Source: Flaccisagitta enflata
Lineage: Eukaryota
Direction of reading: 5' to 3'
Assembly (NCBI GenBank): GCA_965153355.1
Contig: OZ231126.1
Location: forward strand, 1,488,001-1,552,000
DNA: 64,000 nt
Below are positions 12,514 through 26,500 of the stretch, piece after piece. Position numbers and translations under genes: made by a program. Every line of letters begins with the position of its first letter. The first letter of the stretch is position 1. Below the pieces are notes generated by a model. It made no database searches, was not told the DNA's origin, and was given only the letters and a program-made list of their open reading frames with translations.

Positions 12514-13158
12514 AACTAGTCATCCAAGGATCGCACATGGTCAGCGGTACCCGATGCCCTGCTTGGAGTGATTAACTGAAGAAGTGGAGTGAGAGCAGGG
12601 CAGGGCAGAGCAGGGCAGCGGCCCCAAAGGGCCAATGTCCTGTAGGACACAGGGGTGAAGTTCCATACCTCCTGAAATGGCATATTTGGGGTAATTTTCT
12701 GTGATATTCATTGGGAATTTTGTGTTTTTTTTAATTTTCTGTCAATTTGCCATGTTATTCAATGAGAATTTGAGGTCTGAGAGGTTGGATTTAGGGCCCA
12801 AAAGGCTGGATTTGAGGCCTGAGAGGCTGGATTTGAGGCCCAAGAGGCTGGATTTGAGGCCCAAGAGGCTGGATTTGAGGCCTGAGAGGCTGGATTTGAG
12901 GCCTGAGAGGCTGGATTTGAGGCCTGAGAGGCTAGATTTGATGCCTGAGAGGCTGGATTTGAGGCCTGAGAGGCTAGATTTGATGCCTGAGAGGCTGGAT
13001 TTGAGGCTTGAGAGGCCAGATTTGAGGCCTGAGAGGCTGGATTTGAGGCCTGAGAGGCTTGAGAAGCTTCGGAGGGGGGGGGACGTAATGTCAGACGGAC
13101 GTAACGGTTCACCCCTGTGTCCTACAGGACATCGGCCCTTTGGGCCGCTGCCCAAAAA
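12514..13158 (-). mobile_element. Helentron-like element, family B (asymmetric ~40-bp inverted repeats, internal 21-bp minisatellite)
   Basis: GGGCAGCGGCCCC..GTCCTGTAGGACACAGGGG is inverted at about 13112-13153, flush with an A-run; internal (TTTGAGGCCTGAGAGGCTGGA)n. Confidence 0.75.
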
Positions 13159-13372
13159 GGGGAAAAAAGGAAAAAAGAAAATGGAAAAAAAAGAAAAAAA
13201 AAGAAAAAAAAAGAAAGAAAAGAAAGAAAAGAAAGAAAAGAAAGAAAAGAAAGAAAAGAAGAAAAAAAAGAAAGAAAAGAAAAAAGAAAAGAAAAAAAGG
13301 AAGAGTCTAGGGCTTAATAAGAACTAAAGCTCCTGAGAGAATAATGAGCAATACCAAGCCCTTAGCTTATAA

Positions 13373-13574
13373 TTTTAGTCGCGTGCACGCGAATCAATAA
13401 CCCGCTTTGTCCGTCCGTCCGTCGTTCCATTGGTAGGTCGGTCTACATTTTACTTTTTTTATGATTTTATTTCTTTGACCTCACTGCTCCTGCCTAAATG
13501 GTCTGGTGACCTCAAATATGGCCCCTGCCTGCCTACCCGCACGCGACTTTGGTAGCCGTGTATCCGGCCTTGTT
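13373..13574 (+). mobile_element. DINE-1/Helentron-like element, family A
   Basis: TTTTAGTCGCGTGCACGCGA, (GTCC)n, 3' GCACGCGACT..GCCGTGTATCCGGCCTTGTT. Confidence 0.8.
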
Positions 13575-14865
13575 TTTTTCTATTTTTGTTACAGAGCTTA
13601 ATTCAACACTTGTTTGGATTTTCTTCTCCAGATTGAATGTATAGAGACTGAAAAGTAAACAATGAAAAACTGTATATCAATAATGTGCCCTTATTCGTGT
13701 TGGCGGTCACGTCGAGAGTAGGGGGGGGGGCGGATTATTTGATTGTATAGGGGCACAAAATTCCTCTTCAGGCCCCTGTCTCTACTGAATCGAAAATGTA
13801 ATACTGCTCGAGGCTGCTGGCTGCGCTGCCTGATGTCAGCACATTAGAAAAAAAAAAAAAAAAAAAAAAAAAACTAAAGAAGAATAAAAGAAGAAAGACA
13901 GAAGAAAGAAGAAGAAATACTGAATTGTATCATACGCGTTGTATGTCCTCTTTTGCTTATGTTTAGTGATATTGTGCAAACAGACTGTTTGCATTACTTG
14001 TGCTCTATCTATTAGCCCAGAACGCTTTCCCTTATTCCATTCTCAGTTGCAGACACGCATTTATAAGAGGCTTTGTCCGTCCGTCCGTCTGTCCGTCCGT
14101 TAGCCCGTTGGTCCATTGCTCCGTGGGTAATGGCGCAAATAGCGCCATTCTTCCCGGCATGATGCAACAAATCTATCAAAAAATGTGTGATCATGTGCCG
14201 GCTTGCAGACAAGGGACTGCTTTGACAACTTCACCTCAGCTTGATAACAATGAGGAGTGTCTTTTGTACACTGTGTCATATTATGTCTTTTTAGTCGCTT
14301 GCTCTTGACTCTACAACCCGCTCTGGCCGTCTGTCTGTTGGTTGGTCACGCTTAGGTCACGCTTAGCTTTTTTGTCGCCGCCCCTGCCCACCCGTAGGCG
14401 ACTAAGGTAGCCGTGTATCCGGATAAATAATTATTCAAATGAATGTTTTGAAGCCTATCCAGTAGCAGTTTACTTGTTCAAAAGCATTTTTCTCTTGTTT
14501 TATGGGTCGTTTTCTCTACTGATGGTTATCAGGTAAGCCAAGCAAAATCTAGCGAATTTTTAGCTAATTTGGAAAAAAATCTAGCGAATTCTAGCGATTT
14601 TTTAGGGGCTAACAAGCGAATTTCGAAAAGCCCGAGTTAGCACCATAGAGTAGTCCCTTACTCCTTAATCCTTATAGAGTGAATGGCGAATTGACGATGG
14701 CGGTACCAAAGATCGTAGGCAAAGCCAGGTAATTACTAACGGCTACGCGCTGGGGGGGGGGGGGGGGGGTCGGTATCAACCCACTTTGGAAGAGCCACTT
14801 GGACATATGGCTGAAGTTTGCACAATAACATTATATAAACGCATGTAAAAGTCGTGCCACACCCC

Positions 14866-15342
14866 TTTTTGGGCAGCGGCCCCGAAGGGGCCGATGACCT
14901 ATGCTTTCACACATGGGGAAATTTCTCCTTCTCCTTCTCCTCCAGTGTACCCCCCCCCCCTGGCTTGAAACCCAGTCTTGAGGCTCAAATTCCAGTCTTG
15001 AGGCTCAAACCTCAGTCTCAAAGCTACAATCCCAGTCTTGAGGCTCACATCCCAATCTAGAGGCTAAAATCCCAATCTCAAGGCTCAAATCCCAGTCTCA
15101 AGGCTCAAATCCCAGTATCCAGGCTCAGATCCTAGTCTCGAGGCTCAAATCCCAGTCTCAAAGCTCAAATCTTAGCCTTCAGGCTTAAATCCTAGCCCCA
15201 TGGCTCACATCCCAGCTGCAATAAAAACAGCATAGGTCATTGGCCCCTTTGGGGCCGCTGCCCCTCTAACTACCTCACACCCACATGAACTCACATAGGG
15301 GCAACGGGTACCGCTGGCCATCTAACGCTTTTGCGACTATTT
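14866..15342 (+). mobile_element. Helentron-like element, family B2 (20-bp minisatellite)
   Basis: TTTTTGGGCAGCGGCCCCGAAGGGGCCGATGACCTATGCT, an inverted copy at about 15229-15263, (GAGGCTCAAATCCCAGTCTT)n, and a 3' end ...CTTTTGCGACTATTT. Same family as 23652 and 26247. Confidence 0.75.
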
Positions 15343-16018
15343 ACATTGTAATGATTAGGGAGAAGGAAGGGGAAGCACCTATACTTTACTATGGGAAAGG
15401 TAGGGTTGGTACGGCTGTAAATGATTAAGTCTCATGAACTTTAGTAAATTTGTAATTGCGCATGGCCTGGTCATATGTTCGATGGGCATTTCCGAACTTG
15501 GTTGATACCGACCCCCCCCCCCCCACTGCGCGCTTGTTCGACGTAAAATATTAATGGAATTTGTCAACTAGGTCTTCACTCGTCAGTGTGTTGTGAGGGA
15601 CCCTGACTGAGGGTATTATTAGTTTTGCCTCATAAAGCCCGAATGGAGCGCAGTGAACATGGGACAATGGCTCTCGATAAGATCCAACAGAATTCAGCCA
15701 CTAAATCGTTTGTTTAAATGTGTGTTTTTTTTAATTGCGTGCACGCGAATTTACACGTTGGTCTGTTGATCCGTTGCTCGGGTCCGTCGGTCCGAAATAT
15801 TATCAAATCATGTGACTTTTAGTCATTTGATAATGAACTGTGAATATGATTTTGTTTTCATGTAAATAGCAATAATCATATAATCATTGTTATGTAATTA
15901 TGTAACTTTGTTTTTGTTTGATTTTTCTTTCAGAAGTGAACATGGGACTCGATCGTCATTACATGAGTGTGGTTTATTTACTTTGTTTGTTTATTTGTTT
16001 GTTTGATTTTTCTTGCAG

Positions 16019-16106
16019 AAGTGAACATGGGACTCGATCGACTTCGTCTCGTAAGTCTGTGCATTTTAATGATCACACAAATTGCGGCCGAAAAAACGAC
16101 GAAGAG
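16019..16106 (+). CDS. Host gene, internal exon D (contains RKSVHF, an RVxF-like motif)
   Basis: TTCTTGCAG| acceptor and GAG|GTGAGA donor. Encodes (R)SEHGTRSTSSRKSVHFNDHTNCGRKNDEE; phase 2 in, phase 0 out. Confidence 0.75.
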
Positions 16107-16309
16107 GTGAGAAAACACAGAATAATACTTAGTCTAAGAGACATGTGATATCGTAAATGTCACATGACAGCCAGACAGACAGATAGACAAATAGGACGGG
16201 CAGGTTCGAAACGGAACAAAGTTAAGATAAAGTTTTAAGACTCTTAGTAAAGACATTGAGGGAGTTGCGGATGATAAGCAGACTTTATCTAGCACAAAAA
16301 CCATTAATC

Positions 16310-16780
16310 AATTCACTCATTCATCATTCATTCATTCATTCATTCATTCATTCATTCATTCATTCATACATACATTCATTCATTCATTCATTCATTCATT
16401 CATTGATTTATTCTCTCATTCATTCATTCATTTATTCATTCACTCACTCCTTTATTCATCAATTCATTCATTCATTCATTCATTCATTCATTCATTCATT
16501 CATTCATTCATTCATTCATTCATTCATTCATTCATTCATTCATTCATTCATTCATTCATTCATTCATTCATTCATTCATTCATTCATTCATTCATTCATT
16601 CATTCATTCATTCATTCATTCATTTATTCTCTCATTCATTCATTCATTCATTCATTCATTCATTCATTCATTCATCTTTTATTCTCAGGAGGTCCTCGCG
16701 TCTGACGGATTTCCTTTGGCATTTATTCATTCATTCATTCATTCATTCATTCATTCATTCATTCATTCATTCATTCATCT
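16310..16780. repeat. (TTCA)n intronic microsatellite
   Basis: Read directly from the sequence. Confidence 0.95.
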
Positions 16781-16791
16781 TTTATTCTCAG

Positions 16792-16884
16792 GAGGTCCTC
16801 GCGTCTGACGGATTTCCTTTGGCATCCCGATCTTCGTCATCCTCAGGAGACGAATCTTGCTTCTTCATATCAACTAGAATTTGA
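16792..16884 (+). CDS. Host gene, probable terminal coding exon E
   Basis: TTTTATTCTCAG| acceptor; phase 0 gives EVLASDGFPLASRSSSSSGDESCFFISTRI*. Exons A-E total 1292 nt, which is 2 nt plus 430 codons including the stop. Confidence 0.65.
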   Translation, partial: EVLASDGFPLASRSSSSSGDESCFFISTRI

Positions 16885-16891
16885 CCAGAAG

Positions 16892-17500
<609 letters not shown>

Positions 17501-18764
17501 CAACCAAAACAACATCTTCAACATCGATTCTTCCACCATTCGCTGATTACAAGAAATTAACAAGCCATGATGTAAATATCAAAACCTTAAATTTCATTTC
17601 CTCCTGCACAAAGGACAATGCAAACTTACTTTGGTAATAGTTGAGTAATTTTTTTCCCCCAACAATCAAGCCGGGAGCCTGTAGAGAGCTCTTATGTCTC
17701 GGCATCTTGTGTTTATGTTTACGCTGCACATAGATCCGTGAGCATATCACACCAAGACAAAACTATAAGGCAGTACCTAGGGATGATAGCTATGGTATAC
17801 AAATGTCCCCAAGTATGTTTAGATTACATCTATATAGGGTTTTGCTCCCGCCCTGATCCATCTAAGGACATTTTTTTGCTCAGGAAGTCATTAGGTTCAC
17901 TATTTTGAAGGCGCGAAAATTGACAAAAACTTTTTCATTTTAGTTTGGAAATTTGCAGGTTTTTTTTATAGGTCCTTCAAAACTGGGAGCAAGGTTACCA
18001 AATTATACACAAATCGTGTTAAATCCACCCTGAAGCTTTTCCAAAAAGTTTGTGTCTTCTCTTATATTCTTAGTATCATTTTTGAAGTCTAGAAAAGTAA
18101 CAAATGAAACAAAAAAAAAAAAAAAACAAACATTTTTTGCAACATTTAATTTTGAGCGAAGTAGTTAACTTCAAGGAGGAAAATGAGGCTTTGGATGAGC
18201 TAGGGCTAGTGCTGCCGTAATTTTTCTTGTCTTGAGGTGGTGTGCTCTCAGACCATAGTGCACTGGTTCGCTCTCGTTTCTTGTGCTTTTGTGAAGTAGA
18301 TTCTTTTCTTTTAAGATCATAAATAGGGACAATTGTGACAATTCTTATCAAGATTCACCGGATATGATGTACCTTGGCATTCATGCTTTCTTCGCTACAT
18401 GCTCGCTCCGTATGAGTATAAGTATAAGTATAAGTATAATTGTGGTTTTCTAGCTTGCTCAATTCAATTTGTTTTCAAAGAAAAAACATAATCCCAACGC
18501 ACTACGACAATATCCCTCACCGATCTTTTTGGTTCCATTACAGATCGGAACTATTCTATTTTTTGACTATCACATTTTGCTTTTTTTTTTCCTCTTGATT
18601 CCTTTTTCATCGGAAAATAGTTTGTTATAATCGATTACAGTAATAGTCCAAATTAGTTTTAATGATATCGAAATTAACTGCAAATTAAGTCAATTGTCAC
18701 GCATGCACATGGATTTGTCCATTGTTTTCTCTTGTAGACAAACGAATCTTCATTTGTAGTATTC

Positions 18765-18960
18765 AGTTCGAATGATTTCACAGATGATCTTTTATTTAAT
18801 TCAAATGATTTCACAGATGATCTTTTATTCAGTTCAGATGATTTCACAGATGATCTTTTATTCAGTTCAGATGATTTCACAGATGATTTTTCATACAATC
18901 CAGATTATTTCACAGATGATCCTCTATCCAGTTCATATGATTTCACAGATGATCTTTTTT
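18765..18960. repeat. 33-bp minisatellite (GATTTCACAGATGATCTTTTATTCAGTTCAGAT)n
   Basis: About 6 units. Confidence 0.9.
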
Positions 18961-19299
18961 TAAATTCAAATGCTGTCACTGAATCCCCAATTTCCGGCTG
19001 ATGATCTTTTTTTTTTTTTTTTTGTGATACAGCACCGTCTTTAAGCTATTGTAAATAAAACATATTTGAAGGAAATAAAATTTCTGGGTAAATGCCTTTA
19101 ACAAGAGGGTTTTTGGCTTCATAAAACCTTTTTTCTTTTTTCGAAGGGGGGGGAGAAGCTAAGTCCAAAGTACACTACCACGAGCAAAATTCTTCGTTCA
19201 CCTATTATCCATCTAGAGGAGCTAGATAGACAGAAATGGTGAGATTCGAAAAATAGATTTCTGGCACCACCGCTGAAATAGGCGTAATTGCTCCCAACC

Positions 19300-20440
<1,141 letters not shown>

Positions 20441-21405
20441 ATCTGTTCCACCTAATCCCCTCTTATCATCGCCGTTGGTGACAATTTATCTGCTCTATTG
20501 AATCCCATCCAATTTAATATCACGTTATGAGCCTCATCAGCATTCAGGTTTGTCATCGTCGTCGTCGTCGTCGTCGAAGTCGTCGTCGTCGTCTTCGTCG
20601 TCGTCATCGTCGTCGTCATCATCGTCCTCCCCTTTGCCCTGAGCCACGCGCCTTCCTTTGTTATTGTTATCCGCGCGAATTGATTCTCTATGAGGCGTGC
20701 AATTTATGAGGCGTATCAAACCTTTCCTCCCTTTCTTCTTTTCCTCTTCCTTCTTCTCCTCTTCCTTCTCCTTCTCCCCTGCTTCCTCCTGCTTCTTCTC
20801 CCTCTCCTTCTCCTCCTGCTTTTACTACCGTTCCTCCTCCTGTTTTTTTTCCTGCTTCTACTTCCTCTTTTTCGTTTCTTTGTGAGCAGCGACAGAAAAG
20901 TCTTATTTTTTTTTCATTTTGAAATTCATCCTGTTCTACCTTCTAGATCTGTCTCTCCCCTGCCTCGATCCGTAAACAAAAAGCTCTCTCTTCCTTTCTA
21001 GTTACAATCCCACTACAAGGGGACCCCTACCCCCTTTTCTCAATGCGTTTGCCATTTCCATGTCTCCACTGCTCATTCTAGGCTTTTATATATTTTTTCA
21101 AGAACATCATTTTTTGAGGCCTTTAAAACAAGATAGATAAACCAGATGTTCGACCACTTCACATGCTCTATTCCTCCCTCTTTTTCTCTTCCACGTTCAC
21201 AATCTACTAACTTTAAGTATTCATTTCCCTTCTCCACCATACACAACGGAGCAGATTCCCCCTATCCATTTCTTCTCACTCTGTCCCGCTTTTCCTCATC
21301 TTCACCCTCAAGGGCCCTCCCTTCCTTCCTCCTTTCCTCCCTCCTTTCCTTCCTCCTTTCTGCTTCTCTCAATAATCCTCGGGCAAGATAATTTCCGCAA
21401 TATAC

Positions 21406-21476
<71 letters not shown>

Positions 21477-21612
21477 AACCCATTAACATGGATAATCTGT
21501 GCCGCTTGACGGCCTTATGATGGTTGAGGGTGTTAACACCATTTACACCAACGATGACGGTCAGCGATGGTGATGATGATGGTGATGATGATGATGATGA
21601 TGATGAGGATGG

Positions 21613-21668
<56 letters not shown>

Positions 21669-21687
21669 TGTGTGATGTGTGTGTGTG

Positions 21688-21747
<60 letters not shown>

Positions 21748-21846
21748 TGATGGTGATAATAATGGTAATAGTGATGGTGTAGGTGCTGATGTTGATGATA
21801 ACGTGTGTGTGTGTGTGTGTTGATGTGTGATGATGATTATGATGTA

Positions 21847-21890
<44 letters not shown>

Positions 21891-22165
21891 TGACGATGTG
21901 ATGATGTGTGTGTGTGTGTGATGTGATGATGTGATGATGATGATGTGATAGTAATGGTAATGGTGATGGTGAAGGTGCTGATGTTGATGTTGATGATAAC
22001 GATGATGATGACGATGATGGTGATGGTGATGGTGATGATGTTGATGTTGATGATAACGATGATGATGATGAGGATGGTAGATGATGTGATGATGTGTGTG
22101 TGTGTGTGATGATGATGTGTGATGTGTTGTGATGTGTGTGTGATGATGTGTGATGTGTGTGTGTG

Positions 22166-22197
<32 letters not shown>

Positions 22198-22452
22198 GTG
22201 ATAGTAATGGTAATGGTGATGGTGAAGGTGCTGATGTTGATGATAACGATGATGATGGGTAGGTCGTGTTACTTAGAATCTGAGTGGCAAGAATTTTGAA
22301 ATTCTCATCATTTAGATTCTTAGTGATGAGAATTATATTCTCATAACTTAGATTGTCTATCTTTCTATCTTTTTCTCATTACTCAGAATCTAAGTTATGA
22401 GAATTTTTCCTCATCATTTCATTCATTCTTTTTTTACCTGTTTGTCTGTCTG

Positions 22453-22612
<160 letters not shown>

Positions 22613-22626
22613 GTCTCCTCAGATCA

Positions 22627-22671
<45 letters not shown>

Positions 22672-22884
22672 GCGCGCTCCCCCCAGGCCCTCAGGCTCGA
22701 AATTTCGCCCGTTCCGTTCGTGAAATCTACCCTCTCAGGCCTGAAATCTGCTCCCTGGTTCTACCCTCTCAGGACATCGTCCCCTTCGGGGCCGCTGCCC
22801 TGCTTCCCCTCACTCCAAATCACAATCAGGCAAAGCAGGGCAACGGGTATCGCTGACCACATATTGCCCTTGGGCGACCTGTTC

Positions 22885-22915
<31 letters not shown>

Positions 22916-23536
22916 CTCTCGCTCTGGCTGTTGCTCTCTCTTTCTCTCATTCTCTTCTGTGCATTTATGCAAAATAGCAAAATGAAATAAAAAATTTTTC
23001 TTGGGAGGTAGAATTCTATCAATTGATTAGTATTCCTGACGGAGCCAGCAACTAGCTCATTGACCCAATGTCACCAATAGCTTGGCTCTATCATTCGAGG
23101 TAAAATCACAATTTTGTAATTGTTAACAGTTGACATCACTTTTTCCACCAAATACCACAGACTGATGCAATGCAGTAACATTGTAACAAAGTACCAATGG
23201 ATGGATACAAATTCCTCCCTCCTCAATTCTTCTGTTCATTTAGTCCCCACTTTGCAGTGACTTTTCACTGGCCACCAATCATGTCTCAAAATGTAAGGGT
23301 GAGGATGAAGATGACAATTTGAATCGCAACTTCTATCATGGCGAAACCAAAGATGATGAAGATGATGTTGATGATGCCAACAGAGTAAGCACTTTTTGGG
23401 CAGCGGCCCCAAAGAGCCAATGTTTTGAAAAACACAGGAGTGAACCATTACATATGTCCCTGGTCTGACCTCACTACCTTGAATTAGCAATAAAGCAGGG
23501 CAATGGATACTGCTTACCATATGCAATCCTTAGATG

Positions 23537-26500
23537 CAGGCCCAGCCAGAGGGGGTTTACCCCATCTGAGATGGGAAGCCCGGGCACCAGTGACACCTGT
23601 GAGAGCCTCTGTAATACAAGAGAAAAAGAAAAAAAAAAGAAAAAAAAAAGAAAAATAGTCGCAAAAGCGTTAGATGGTCAGCGGTACCCGTTGCCCCCAT
23701 GTGAGTTTATGTGGATGTCTGGTGGTAAGAGGGGCAGCGGCCCCGAAGGGGCCGATGACCTATGCTTAGCAAGTTTGGAGCTTCAAGGCTGGGATTTGAG
23801 CCTTAAGGCGGGGTTTAAGCCTTAAGGCTGGGATTTGAGCCTTAAGACTGGGATTTGAGCCTTGAGGCTGGGATTGGAGCCTTTAGGCTGGGATTGGAGC
23901 CTTGAGGCTGGGGTTTGAGCCTTGAGGCTGGGATTTGAGCCTTGAGGCTGGGATTTGAGGTTTGAGGCTGGGATTTGAGCTTCCAGGCTGGGATCTGAGC
24001 ATCCAAGCTGGGATTTGAGCCTCAAGGCTGGGATTTGAGCCTCAAGGCTGGGATTTGAGCCTCGAGGCTGAGATTTGAGCCTCAAGGCTGGAATTTGAGC
24101 CTCAATGCTGGAATTTGGGCCTCAAGGCTGATATTTGAGCATCAAGGCTGGGATTTGAGCCTCGAGGCTGGGATTTGAGCTTCGAGGCTGGGATTTAGGC
24201 CTCAAGGCTGAGATTTGAGCATCAAGGCTGGGATTTGAGCCTCGAGGCTAGGAATTGAGCATCAAGGCTGGGATTTAGGCCTCATAAGGGGGTGGACGGA
24301 CGGAGGAGAAGAAGGAGGAGAAGGAGAAGGAGGAGAAATTTCTCCTGTGTGAAAGCATAGGTCAACAGCCCCTTCGGGGCCGCTGCCCAAAAAGGGAAAC
24401 AGGTCGCCCAAGGGCAATACGTGGTCAGCGATACCCGTTGCCCTGCTTTGCATGGTTGTAAATCGGAATGAGAGGCAGGGCAGCAGCCCCGAAGGAGACG
24501 AAGTCCTATAGAACACAGGAGTCTTTCGTTCGTTCATTCGTCCGTCCGTTCGTCCATTCGTCCATTCATCTGCCCTCCGACCCTCTCAGGCCTGAAAATT
24601 GGCCTTCCAGGCCTAAAATCTGCCCTCTTAAGCCTGAAATCTGCCTTCTCAGGCCTTGAGTCTGAGAGAGCAGATTTCAGGCCTGGGAGGGCAGATTCAA
24701 GCCTGAGAGGACAGATTTCAGGCCTGATAGGGCAGATTTTAGGCCTGAGAAGGTAGATTTTAGGCCTGAGAGGGCAGATTTCAGGCCTGAGAGGGCCTAG
24801 GGGGGGGGACGAACAAACGAACGAACAGACAAACGAACGAACGAAAGTCCCCTGTGTTCTACAGGACTTCGTCCCCTTCGGGGCCGCTGCCCAAAAAAGG
24901 GAAAAACAGGTCGCCCAAGGGCAATATATGGTCAGCGATACCCTTTGCCCTGCTTTGAGTGATTGTGAGTTAGAGTGAGGGGAAGCAGGGCAGCGGCCCC
25001 AAAGGGGACGAAGTCCTGTAGAACACAGGGGGACTTTTTGTTGTTATGCTTTACCTGGATGAGATGCTACATAGAGGGTTGACTGAAGGCCTTCAAGAGC
25101 TTAAATTGAGGTCTAAGAAGGCTGATGTAAGGCCTGAGAATGCCAATTGGAATCATGAGAGGACTAACTTGAGGCCTAATTTGAGGCATGAGAGGATAGG
25201 TTTGAGGCATGGGAATTTTGATTTGAGGCCTAGGAGGCCTAGTTTGAGGTCTGAAAGGCCAGGTTTGAGGCCTGAGGGGTCGGATTTGAGGCCTGACAGG
25301 CTGGATTTGAGGCCAGAGAGGCTGGATTTGAGGCCTGAGAGGCTGGATTTGAAGCCTGAGAGGCTGGATTTGAGGCCTGAGAGGCTGGATTAGAGGCCTG
25401 AGAGGCTGGATTTGAGGCCTGAGAGGCTGGATTTGAGGCCTGAGAGGCCAGATTTTAGGCCTGAGGGGCCTGATAAGGGGGGGACGAACTAACGAACTAA
25501 CGAACGGACGAACAAACGAAAGTCCCCCTGTCTACAGGACTTCGTCCCCTTCGGGGCCGCTGCCCAAAAAGGGAAAACAGGTCGCCCAAGGGCAATATGT
25601 GGTCAGCGATACCCGTTGCCCTGCTTTGATTGTGAATTTGAGTGAGGGGAAGCAGGGCAGCGGCCCCGAAGGGGACGAAGTCCTGTAGAACACAGGGGGA
25701 CTTTCGTTCGTCCTACCTGAGGAAGTGGATGAGATGCTATAGAGGGCTGACTGAAGGCATTTAAGATTTTAAACTGAGGTCTTAGAAGGCTGATATAAGG
25801 CCTGAGAATGCCAATTGGAAGCTTGAGAGGGCTGACTTATGGCTTGAGAGAGCTGGATTAAGGCTTGAAAGGCCAGAGGACTGATTTGAGGCCTGAGAGG
25901 CTTAATCTGAGGCATAAGAGGCCAGGTTTGAGGCCTGAGAAGCCAGATTTGAGGCCTGAGAAGCCAGATTTGAGGCCTGAGAGGCCAGATTTGAGGCCTG
26001 AGAGGCCAGATTTGGGGCCTGAGAGGCCAGATTTGAGGCCTGAGAGGTCAGATCTGAGGCCTGAAGGGCCAGATCTGAGGCCTGAGAGGCTAGTTTTGAG
26101 GCCTGAGAGGCTGACTTTGAGGCCTGAGGGGTCTGATGAAGGGGGGGACTAACGAACGAACGGACGAACGGACGAACGAAAGTCCCCCTGTGTTCTACAG
26201 GACTTCGTCCCCTTCGGGGCCGCTGCCCAAAAAGAAATAAAAAAGGAAAAATAGTCGCAAAAGCGTTAGATGGTCAGCGGTACCCATTGCCCCTATGTGA
26301 GTGTATGAGGATGTGAGGTGGTGAGAGGGGCAGCGGCCCCGAAGGAGCCGATGACCTATGCTGTTTTTATTTGACCCTGGAGGCTGGAATTGGGGCCTTG
26401 AAGCTGGGGTTTGAGCTTAGAGTCGGGGATTTGAGCCTCATGGCTGAGATTTGAGCCTTGAGCCTGGGATTTGGGCCTCGAGGTTGGGGTTTGAGCCTGG

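Larger units (their letters stand above)
12391..13778. mobile_element. hAT-like MITE (CAGGG..CCCTG) with 8-bp TSD TCTCTACT, nested in the element above
   Basis: TCTCTACT at 12383-12390 and 13779-13786 flank CAGGGTCCT ... AGGCCCCTG. Confidence 0.8.
12064..14648. mobile_element. hAT-like non-autonomous element with 8-bp TSD AGTAGTCC, carrying nested insertions
   Basis: AGTAGTCC at 12056-12063 and 14649-14656. Imperfect TIR CTCTGCTGCAAATTT vs CTATGGTGCTAACTC; subterminal TAGCGA(A/T)T repeats at both ends. Confidence 0.75.

Noticed and set aside
18765-18960. 33-bp repeats (also those at 170-1062 and 4989-5450) as a CRISPR array
   Set aside because: The units are contiguous and degenerate with no unique spacers, there are no cas genes, and the context is eukaryotic.
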